Virus record (IMG/VR): IMGVR_UViG_3300042293_000433
DNA from: a virus
Lineage: Duplodnaviria > Heunggongvirae > Uroviricota > Caudoviricetes
Strand: one strand, 5' to 3'
Length of the DNA: 14,350 nt
Under the pieces are notes generated by a model that ran no database searches, was not told the DNA's origin, and was given only the letters and a program-made list of their open reading frames with translations. The translations under genes and the position numbers were made by a program. The number at the start of each line of letters is the position of its first letter. The stretch's first letter is position 1. Below are positions 7,030 through 14,350 of the stretch, piece by piece.

Positions 7030-8595
7030 CTATGGTTTATAAAATATAAAAATTGGTTCGTATTTATATGATGTTCCTTCTAATTTCATAGAGTTCTTTA
7101 CACCACTTAAATCTACACCAGTCATTGGGCTCATTGTCATTCTAAGTTTACCTTTGTATTCCATACCTAAACTTGTAAGTACATCAATACTATCTTGTTC
7201 TAATGTAAACCATTTATCTTTACCCACCTTAATATCTGCAATATTCCAGCAAATGTATCTATCATTTTTAAGATATTCAAAAGCCGTTGTTAAGGTTGGT
7301 TTTAAGAATCCATCTCTCCAACTTTCATATGAATTAAACTTTTTAAACGATTGAGAATCATCATCTGAATATCTCTCTCTATCAAAGTATGGTGGTGATG
7401 TGAATATAAAATCTAACTTACCTTTATACTTTTGAAAATTTGGGTCTTCCGATATAATCTCCGAACCTGTTGTAAAGATTTCATATGTATTTTGATGTCC
7501 CCAAAATGGATTAGCTACACCCGGTACTTGTGTATTAAAGAACTCTGCTAAGTATTCATAACGAGTCTTACCTATCTCTGGTATTTGGTTTTCAGTATTA
7601 GGGTCATTTCCAATGTAGTGAATATTTCTATCACCCACACTCAATGCTCCTAATATTCTACCACCCCATCCCGCCGAAGGGTCATAGATATTAATCTTAT
7701 CTTGTCCTTTAATATGTTGAGTAAACCTTTCATATAAATACTTTGCAGTTAATGGTGGAAAATTTACTGCTGGTTGAGAACCCATACCAATTCTAAATGC
7801 GGCTGTTGCTTCAGGAAATATTCTCTGACCCAATGGGTACACCCTGATTTGAATTGGTTGTTTAGGTAAATCAACTAAGTTATCTATATTCTCACCCCAA
7901 TCTGCAGTTTTCAAAGATGCGATATGTTTATATTCTAACACACCACTTTTGTATAACACTTTTACTTCCTCTGCTGAAATGGGTAATGATGGTATTCTAC
8001 TATCTGCTTGCGATAATGCGAATCCTAATCCATTTCCTCTATCTCCACTTTGCCATTTCTCAATCCATTCCTTACCTGTTGCTAAGTGTGAATTATGAAA
8101 CTCTGGATTATCTTTATGTAGGGTTTTAGAGAAACGATACATACCATCTTGTCTCGTCAATCTTCTCATTTGCTTTGTGAATAACTCTAAATAATCATCC
8201 GATGAAAAGATTTCGTGAATTGATGGTTTTGGTTTATCATATGTACTACCACCAATTGCAGTTTTGTACATAGCCGGAAAGAATTGATTTACGGGAGTAG
8301 CGAATTTATTAAAGTTAAATATAACTTCATTTCCATCATCATCCTTTTCCTCAAACTTAGTTATCTTATAACCTTGTAGTTTAGAAAAGTTCTCAATGAT
8401 TTCTGCTTCATTAACCCCAATCTTAGGTGGTGCACCGGTCTCATCCCACTGCTTTAATGCAGTTTTCTTAAAGTTGGCTACCCACGTTTCGAAGTCAGGG
8501 AATGACATCTCAAGTACTTGTTCGTACTTAAGATTCATTTCCGGGTCATAGAACCAATCACTTCTCTCGTAAAAATATTTCTTTTCGTAATTCAT
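7030..8595 (-). CDS. Amino-DNA methyltransferase (N4-C or N6-A) with a long N-terminal extension
   Basis: SAM-binding motif I DPSAGWGG (D305, 7658-7683), motif II YIGNDPN and catalytic motif IV FTSPPYF (S400, 7384-7398). No cognate restriction endonuclease is adjacent. Confidence 0.85.
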   Translation of the reverse strand: MNYEKKYFYERSDWFYDPEMNLKYEQVLEMSFPDFETWVANFKKTALKQWDETGAPPKIGVNEAEIIENFSKLQGYKITKFEEKDDDGNEVIFNFNKFATPVNQFFPAMYKTAIGGSTYDKPKPSIHEIFSSDDYLELFTKQMRRLTRQDGMYRFSKTLHKDNPEFHNSHLATGKEWIEKWQSGDRGNGLGFALSQADSRIPSLPISAEEVKVLYKSGVLEYKHIASLKTADWGENIDNLVDLPKQPIQIRVYPLGQRIFPEATAAFRIGMGSQPAVNFPPLTAKYLYERFTQHIKGQDKINIYDPSAGWGGRILGALSVGDRNIHYIGNDPNTENQIPEIGKTRYEYLAEFFNTQVPGVANPFWGHQNTYEIFTTGSEIISEDPNFQKYKGKLDFIFTSPPYFDRERYSDDDSQSFKKFNSYESWRDGFLKPTLTTAFEYLKNDRYICWNIADIKVGKDKWFTLEQDSIDVLTSLGMEYKGKLRMTMSPMTGVDLSGVKNSMKLEGTSYKYEPIFIFYKP

Positions 8596-9314
8596 TATGC
8601 TGATAGCTGAACTTCAACTAAATAATACTTACAAACGAAATCATCAATGATGAAACTAATGTGAGCTAATCCTTTTGAAGATACTAACAATTTAGCAGAT
8701 GTTGCTTCTTTGTTTGCAGTTAAAATCTCTTTCAAATACTTTGCAGAGAATGAAATTGCTTTTACATCAGTTGCATAGTTTTCTATTGCTTTGAATGTAA
8801 TTCTGTTTGAGTTTACATTAGAGTAACCCATAACAATGTTCAAATTACCTTTCTCAGTTAATACTGTAAATGTATCAACATCACTCAATGCGTTTTTAGC
8901 TTTGATGAATTTGTCAATAAACTTACCATCTAAATCGATTTCGATATCAAATGGAGGTAATGATTTTAGTTCAGGTACATTTGGGATAACACTCAAATCT
9001 GCTAATTGATAAGCCGCTTTGATATCATCACTACCTAAACCTAATGCGATTGATTTATCCTCAACCTTTTGAACTTCTAAATTAACATCATCACCTAATA
9101 CCGATAACATTTTGTTTAGATTAGAAGTCGTATAGATACCTAACTCTGCATTTTCAAAGTTAAAGTTATCTAATGTGATTTCACCTAATACGGTTTTGTC
9201 ATCTGCGATAAACTTTGTTGATAATTTTTGACCATCGGTAGTCCATGTAACCGATTCAACTAATCCAGCTAAATTGTATTTGCTGATAAAGCGTGTAATT
9301 CTTGTTTTGTTCAT
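8595..9314 (-). CDS. DNA polymerase sliding clamp (gp45/PCNA-like)
   Basis: 239 aa with a two-domain beta/alpha pattern (ELGIYTTSNLNKMLS; FSAKYLKEIL...LLVSSKGLAHISF...KYYLV) typical of gp45/PCNA. It lies directly downstream of PolB and in the same block as both clamp-loader subunits. Confidence 0.85.
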   Translation of the reverse strand: MNKTRITRFISKYNLAGLVESVTWTTDGQKLSTKFIADDKTVLGEITLDNFNFENAELGIYTTSNLNKMLSVLGDDVNLEVQKVEDKSIALGLGSDDIKAAYQLADLSVIPNVPELKSLPPFDIEIDLDGKFIDKFIKAKNALSDVDTFTVLTEKGNLNIVMGYSNVNSNRITFKAIENYATDVKAISFSAKYLKEILTANKEATSAKLLVSSKGLAHISFIIDDFVCKYYLVEVQLSA

Positions 9315-9336
9315 TTTTTTATGTTTTATTATATAA

Positions 9337-9368
9337 TAAAGATACGACTTTTATTCCATTCTACCAAA
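9337..9368 (-). promoter_or_regulatory. Bacteroidota-type primary-sigma promoter for the clamp gene
   Basis: Minus strand TTTG (9368-9365), 20-nt spacer, TATCTTTA (9344-9337). This matches the Bacteroidota -33/-7 consensus TTTG-N19-21-TAnnTTTG with one mismatch, and the same element recurs upstream of PolB. Confidence 0.7.
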
Positions 9369-9371
9369 TTT

Positions 9372-11897
9372 TTAGAAGGAAAAGAATTCCTCTAATTTCT
9401 TTGAACTAAATGATGATTTTTCCCACCCTAATGCATTATAGAAATCATCCATTTTATTTTCTAATTCTGCTTCAAATATTTTATCCACATCAATATACTT
9501 TTGGATAAACTCCATTATTTCAGGAGGGTCTTGATAACCCTTAAATGCTGCAGTTTCTAAACTTAATGGATTTTGTTTTAGATATACCCACTTAATCTTA
9601 TCACCATCTCTCATAGGTGCATATTTGAAAGGGCAATTGAAATGTTTAAGTAATCTATTGTAAGTAATACCTGCTTTAATATGTGCAGGTGTTCCTTTCT
9701 CAAAATCACCCAATTGTTTATTTTTACCACCTTTATCATATCTACTAATTTCTTTAACTGCCCCACCCTTTGCAATAAGTGCTACATCTAACCCAGCTAA
9801 TGATAATTTAAACTCTGCTAGTTCAGTATCTACACTTTCATTTGTTTTACCTTGTAGAATATCTCTCAACATTCTCGCCATAAAATCTTGAAATGCTTTT
9901 GGAAAAGATGAACGAACTACATCTAATCCTTTTACATCTAACTTATCCATCGGTAAACCATTCGCTGCAACTATCCATTGTGCATATCTTTTTTTTGCAA
10001 TCCAAATACCTGCTTTACTGATATACTCTTTCTTAATTTCAAATCTATGTTTCTTAATGTTGAAGAACTTATCTGCCATCATATCATAGAACTTATTTAA
10101 GAAATCCTGCACCTCACCTGCTATATCATCAATCTTTTCTGTCATTGCAGTATCATCAAACTCTGCCCAATTGGGAAATCTATGTTTAACTAATGGTAGG
10201 GCTGAAAAGAATACTGAATCCGTATCAATGTATATGTTATAATCTTCATTAGTACCCAACTCTTTGTTGTACTTAATGTTTACCATCTTTGCCGTATTCT
10301 TAATTACCGTTTGTCCCGTAGTGGTTACTGCCGCTGCATTATCCACATCATAAAAACGAAATGCAGGTAATCCTAATACTCCATATAAAGAGTTAAGTAA
10401 AATCTTTTGAACCAATTGTCTTTTAGCATAGAATGCGTGTTTTGCTGTATCACCTTCTTTACCATATTTCTTTTCTAATTTACGGAACTCAACCCTTTGT
10501 TGAAACCACTCATCTAATATATCTGCAATCAATCCTACTTTCTCTTGTGTATATAATACTCCATTAGATGATATAGATAAATTCTCCTCATTCAATTCCT
10601 TTCTCAATTCTTCGGTAGTATAATTAAGTGCCGTATGTTCTATGTTCCATACTCTATAATCACCTTTAACAAATGCTTCTGCATCAAAATTTGCAATCTT
10701 ACCCACCTTTGTTTCGGGTGATATATTCAAACTCATAATAATTGATGGATATAGTGATGTCAAATCCAAATCATATAACCAATCATACTTACCTGGTATC
10801 GGGTCTTTTACATATGCTCCAATGAAACCCTGCTCACCACTCTCTTTCAGAGCTTCCATTTGTTCCCTTCTATCTGATGGTTTGTTTGGTGCTACTAAGT
10901 TTCTTTTCTTTAAGTAGTTCAAACACGCTCCCTCTAAATACTTTGATGAATAGATATAATCCTCATATGGAACGTGTCCAGCGTGACAGATACCTCTACA
11001 TAAATCAATAAATTGTAATTTTCTATCCATCTCTACTACCAACTCAACATCCACAATATTATACTCAATAAACTTTTCTAAATCCTCTTTAAATAAATCA
11101 TCTAAACTTCCAGCATATTCAACTTTCTCTCTACCTAATTCTTTCTTTGCAATATAATTCAATGTATATGATGGTGATAACCCATAGTTATAGTTTTTAT
11201 ACAAAGTAATATAATCTAATATACTAACTCCCGCAAACGTCCATTTTTTTCTATATGGTGAATAAAACGCATCTCTAATTGGTGATAATCTATACGCATT
11301 TTGCTTACCCAATACATTAACTAAACGATTGAATAAATAAGGAATATCAAAGAAATCTATATTCCATCCTGTTAATATTGTAGGATTGATATGTTCGTAA
11401 ATAGTTAAGAACGCATTAAGTAACTCTCTTTCACTTCTAAATGCCTTAATAATACGATTATCTTTTTTTATTGTATTTTGTAACTTACCTTCTTTATCTA
11501 AGACTAATGCATAGTAAGTATTTGTTGGTCCATCGTGCACCGCAATTGCTGTAATTTCATTTTCAGCTTTCTCTACATCCGGCAATCCGCTTTCCATTTC
11601 TACCTCAATATCAAAAGTAAGAACCACATGTCCTTCCGATGGTAAATCACTTTCCGAATATAAATCTACTAAGATACGGGTTGTTTCGGGTACATCAGTT
11701 TCGTAATAAGCCGGGTCATCCTTTTGGAACTCATAGATTTTAGTAACCTTTGTACCATCTAATGCCGTTGATTGTCCTCGCTCTGCCGGGGCGTAAGCGT
11801 AGTTGAATGTTTTGTATGGGAATGTTTGATACCCTAATTTATCATCCCAAAGATGAACTAAATCCTTTCCTTTTTGTAAGTAGACGTTTTGATACAT
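9372..11897 (-). CDS. Family B DNA polymerase (T4 gp43-like) with 3'-5' exonuclease
   Basis: ExoI FDIE (D96/E98), ExoII GWNIDFFDIPYL, ExoIII YNIVD, motif A DLTSLYPS, motif B KILLNSLYG, motif C YIDTDS, KKRYA and KGLDVVRS. At 841 aa there is no room for an intein. Confidence 0.97.
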   Translation of the reverse strand: MYQNVYLQKGKDLVHLWDDKLGYQTFPYKTFNYAYAPAERGQSTALDGTKVTKIYEFQKDDPAYYETDVPETTRILVDLYSESDLPSEGHVVLTFDIEVEMESGLPDVEKAENEITAIAVHDGPTNTYYALVLDKEGKLQNTIKKDNRIIKAFRSERELLNAFLTIYEHINPTILTGWNIDFFDIPYLFNRLVNVLGKQNAYRLSPIRDAFYSPYRKKWTFAGVSILDYITLYKNYNYGLSPSYTLNYIAKKELGREKVEYAGSLDDLFKEDLEKFIEYNIVDVELVVEMDRKLQFIDLCRGICHAGHVPYEDYIYSSKYLEGACLNYLKKRNLVAPNKPSDRREQMEALKESGEQGFIGAYVKDPIPGKYDWLYDLDLTSLYPSIIMSLNISPETKVGKIANFDAEAFVKGDYRVWNIEHTALNYTTEELRKELNEENLSISSNGVLYTQEKVGLIADILDEWFQQRVEFRKLEKKYGKEGDTAKHAFYAKRQLVQKILLNSLYGVLGLPAFRFYDVDNAAAVTTTGQTVIKNTAKMVNIKYNKELGTNEDYNIYIDTDSVFFSALPLVKHRFPNWAEFDDTAMTEKIDDIAGEVQDFLNKFYDMMADKFFNIKKHRFEIKKEYISKAGIWIAKKRYAQWIVAANGLPMDKLDVKGLDVVRSSFPKAFQDFMARMLRDILQGKTNESVDTELAEFKLSLAGLDVALIAKGGAVKEISRYDKGGKNKQLGDFEKGTPAHIKAGITYNRLLKHFNCPFKYAPMRDGDKIKWVYLKQNPLSLETAAFKGYQDPPEIMEFIQKYIDVDKIFEAELENKMDDFYNALGWEKSSFSSKKLEEFFSF

Positions 11898-11903
11898 ATG
11901 TTA

Positions 11904-11934
11904 TAAAGATACAACAAATTATCTTAACTACAAA
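11904..11934 (-). promoter_or_regulatory. Bacteroidota-type primary-sigma promoter for the polymerase gene
   Basis: Minus strand TTTG (11934-11931), 19-nt spacer, TATCTTTA (11911-11904). The -7 octamer is identical to the one before the clamp gene. Confidence 0.7.
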
Positions 11935-11935
11935 A

Positions 11936-12466
11936 TTATTTAATCTTTAATTTGAATTTCTTTCCGGATGGGATTGAATATACTGCAAAGATAGGCGTTA
12001 CTTGAAATTGTAAATCTCGCATTCTATTTGTATATGATTGCCACATTTGTTTTTCTAAATAAGCAATTGTCATATGTGGCCTATAATCTGTAAATTCGTT
12101 TGAGTTTGGTAGTTTGCTTAATAGATGATGTGCTTTTTCTAATCCATCACCAACCGCATCCATTTTTAATACATCATAATTATCACTTTCAAAAACTGAA
12201 ACATTACTTAGTTGTATATCCCCAAAATGAATCCTATCTAATAATTGTTGAACTATTTGTGGAGTTACGTTAGAATGTAATCCATATAACAAAGTGACGT
12301 GGGGTTCTGTTTCTTTACCATACTTACCACTACCATCATCGTAAATATCTTTATCATCTATAATACCGGTAAGTTGACTTTCATTAAAATCAAAGTATAA
12401 CATTACACATCCATATTCGTAAGGACCGTTTTTAATTTCTTTAAGTATTTTTCTTAACTTAATCAT
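11936..12466 (-). CDS. 2H phosphoesterase (2'-5' RNA ligase superfamily; T4 gp57B/Acb1-like)
   Basis: Two HxT motifs: PHVTLLY (H56) and DYRPHMTIAY (H131). The second resembles T4 57B DYTPHITLSY. 176 aa. Confidence 0.85.
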   Translation of the reverse strand: MIKLRKILKEIKNGPYEYGCVMLYFDFNESQLTGIIDDKDIYDDGSGKYGKETEPHVTLLYGLHSNVTPQIVQQLLDRIHFGDIQLSNVSVFESDNYDVLKMDAVGDGLEKAHHLLSKLPNSNEFTDYRPHMTIAYLEKQMWQSYTNRMRDLQFQVTPIFAVYSIPSGKKFKLKIK

Positions 12467-12960
12467 ATTACCTTTTCGAACATATCGTTTATTATTTTTT
12501 TATTTTCCATTGTATTTTCAATATCAAATATTAATGCAATTCTATTTTTAGTTCCCAAATTATTTACTTTATGTTTGTTTTGTATACTAAAATGATAAAT
12601 GTATCCAGGAAACATTACAAATTCATATACTGCACTCATTTCTTCAACATAACTTAATACCAATTCATTGGTTATGATTGGCATTATAAATCGTAATTTA
12701 TCAGTATCGTTGTCGTCTACATGCCAATCTATATTTTTATTAGATGATTGAAAATGTAGTTTAAAATTTAATAAAGGGAATATTGAATTAAAGTATTCAA
12801 ATGTAGTTTTGTAAACCGGATGTGATTCTAAAAAATTAGAGTCATTTATATAATCATTAACTCCATTGTGATTAGAATGTGATTGTATATAATTACTATT
12901 TAAAGATTCATTTAATAAATTGTTAAATGTGATATTATCGTATTTTAATTTAACTAGCAT
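12463..12960 (-). CDS. 2OG-Fe(II) oxygenase, aspartyl/asparaginyl beta-hydroxylase-like
   Basis: H80-x-D82 (WHVD), RFIMPIITN, distal H130 and R140 in KHKVNNLGTKNRIALIFD, the typical H-x-V-x-N...R-I-x-L-x-D ending of this family. Confidence 0.8.
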   Translation of the reverse strand: MLVKLKYDNITFNNLLNESLNSNYIQSHSNHNGVNDYINDSNFLESHPVYKTTFEYFNSIFPLLNFKLHFQSSNKNIDWHVDDNDTDKLRFIMPIITNELVLSYVEEMSAVYEFVMFPGYIYHFSIQNKHKVNNLGTKNRIALIFDIENTMENKKIINDMFEKVI

Positions 12961-13517
12961 TAGCTTACTTTAAAATCTTCTTTTAATTTTTCTAAGAATT
13001 TTGCTATTCCTTTATTGTGATTTTTTTTCCAATCATTTGCATCACCATTATCCGAAATAAATTTATATGAAACAAAATCAAAACCATATATTTTACATAC
13101 TTTTGCAATTGAATATGCTTCCATATCACATACTGAACGTTTTGTATTACTTTGAAACGTATCAGTTGTAAAACATACATCACTATTACCAAATGTTAAA
13201 ATTCCTGCTTCTAATTTAGGGTAAATTATATCATCAAATGGAGTAACATATTTTTTTGCAAATTGCTTAGTATCTATATCACCTTGTTGAAATTGTAAAC
13301 ATTTAATAAGTTCACCAATTTTATAATCAGATGAACCAGCTGAACCAAAGTTTATTACTATTGTTTCGGTTGGTGATAAATCTTTTAATATTTCAGTTGC
13401 TTTAATTGCTGCATTTACTTTACCAACCCCAGTGTATATAACATCCACTCCCATTGGTTCTAATCCTTTTGGAAACTCACTTGGTAATGCAACAAACAAT
13501 TTTATTCTCATACTCAT
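12960..13517 (-). CDS. mtnN: MTA/SAH nucleosidase (PNP_UDP_1 family)
   Basis: N-terminal ALPSE (equivalent of the Glu12 loop), GVGKVNAA, INFGSAG, DMEAYSIA and KFISD catalytic Asp; a compact 185 aa. Confidence 0.85.
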   Translation of the reverse strand: MSMRIKLFVALPSEFPKGLEPMGVDVIYTGVGKVNAAIKATEILKDLSPTETIVINFGSAGSSDYKIGELIKCLQFQQGDIDTKQFAKKYVTPFDDIIYPKLEAGILTFGNSDVCFTTDTFQSNTKRSVCDMEAYSIAKVCKIYGFDFVSYKFISDNGDANDWKKNHNKGIAKFLEKLKEDFKVS

Positions 13518-13526
13518 AAATATACA

Positions 13527-14350
13527 CTATTTTTGAAACATATCCCATTTTAAGATAACATCTTCTGTGAACTTTTTGTAATTACAACTACTAACATGTC
13601 CCGTATGTCCTATTTCTCCAGTTAATAATGCGTTTTCTAATTTAGTTTGACTACCATATTTTTGATATTCCATCCATAGTGGATTAAAATCGATATCCGT
13701 ACTTTTTATTTGATTTCTGATTGTCCATTCAAATACTCCACCATATTTATGTAATCCTTCCTCTTCAAAAAACCAGCAATATTTATCCCAATCAATTGAA
13801 TCATATAAATATTTTGCATATGGATAATCATCTACTCTAAGTTTGGTATCATCCCAAGTATTTATAATATCTTTATCTTCAAAAATACCTTTAATCATTT
13901 TTTGTTTAGTAGGATATCCACCTGGCATTAAACCATAATCATATTTTAATGAAAATGAATTATGCATAAAGAAACATTTTAATTCAATACCATTTGCTTT
14001 ACAAAATTGAATTAAATAATCAAAATATTCCAACCATTCTATATATCTACTTTCATCATTATACAATGTTTCTAAGTAGGATTGATTGTATTGAAATACT
14101 CTTGGACTTTCCCTTTCAATTGAAGAATATTTCATATCGGGTATAGCTAAGTTTAACCAATATCCATTTTGACCTGAAAATTCTTTTTCTTTTAAATAAT
14201 CGTTTACAAAATCGGCATGCTTTTCAAATTCAATATAAGGAGTAAGTTCCTTTGAAATAAAATGGGTACGTCTGAAATAAGATGACCATTGTATAATCAT
14301 ACTGATTTCTTTTGGGTCAACTCCGTTTTTTATTAGTTCTTTAGCTTTGT
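13527..14350 (-). CDS. Uncharacterised protein, possibly SGNH-hydrolase-like (5'-partial)
   Basis: The frame stays open upstream of the track ATG at 14300 to the window edge (KAKELIKNGVDPKEIS-MIIQWSSYFR), so the true start is outside. IIQWS...R and a C-terminal GH.S..NY..F...I resemble blocks of SGNH-like phage proteins, but the GDS block is not visible. Confidence 0.45.
   Translation of the reverse strand, partial: KAKELIKNGVDPKEISMIIQWSSYFRRTHFISKELTPYIEFEKHADFVNDYLKEKEFSGQNGYWLNLAIPDMKYSSIERESPRVFQYNQSYLETLYNDESRYIEWLEYFDYLIQFCKANGIELKCFFMHNSFSLKYDYGLMPGGYPTKQKMIKGIFEDKDIINTWDDTKLRVDDYPYAKYLYDSIDWDKYCWFFEEEGLHKYGGVFEWTIRNQIKSTDIDFNPLWMEYQKYGSQTKLENALLTGEIGHTGHVSSCNYKKFTEDVILKWDMFQK

Noticed and set aside
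7030-8595. MTase as half of a restriction-modification system
   Set aside because: The neighbours are the clamp and dUTPase, and no endonuclease-like ORF is in the window.
10215-10232. YIDTDS instead of YGDTDS in PolB motif C, suggesting altered or inactive polymerase
   Set aside because: The catalytic DTD is intact, all other motifs are normal, and this position varies among family B polymerases.
248-13192. Other short plus-strand ORFs (248, 1368, 2946, 3932, 5043, 7154, 7917, 13004)
   Set aside because: All lie wholly antisense to well-supported genes and show no motifs.
1-14350. Stop-codon recoding, introns/inteins, tRNAs, CRISPR arrays, transposases
   Set aside because: Conserved proteins are full length under code 11 and end at TAA, TAG or TGA. 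Intergenic gaps are under 60 nt, and I saw no repeats or mobile-element motifs.

Overview
AT-rich (about 30% GC by eye), very tightly packed window with every credible gene on the minus strand. It looks like part of a large T4-like (gp43/gp45/gp44/gp62-type replisome) tailed phage genome, probably infecting a Bacteroidota host. The host inference rests on two TTTG-N19/20-TATCTTTA promoters and signal peptides followed by Gln. In transcription order (right to left): a 5'-truncated SGNH-like protein, an MTA/SAH nucleosidase, an Asp/Asn beta-hydroxylase-type 2OG-Fe(II) oxygenase, a 2H phosphoesterase (Acb1/gp57B-like), family B DNA polymerase, sliding clamp, a large amino-DNA methyltransferase, dUTPase, a GT10-like putative glycosyltransferase, clamp-loader ATPase, GroES, a small Zn-finger protein and clamp-loader small subunit. 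These are followed by a three-gene exported module: a membrane-anchored CsgG/LptE-like protein, a secreted cohesin/dockerin-like protein, and a secreted Ca-type C-type lectin that is missing from the ORF track and runs off the left edge. The most unusual signals are this exported adhesin/lectin module in a phage, the 2H phosphoesterase with a capsid-targeting-like N-terminus, and the apparent complete absence of GATC. All family assignments are from motifs read by eye; no searches were run.
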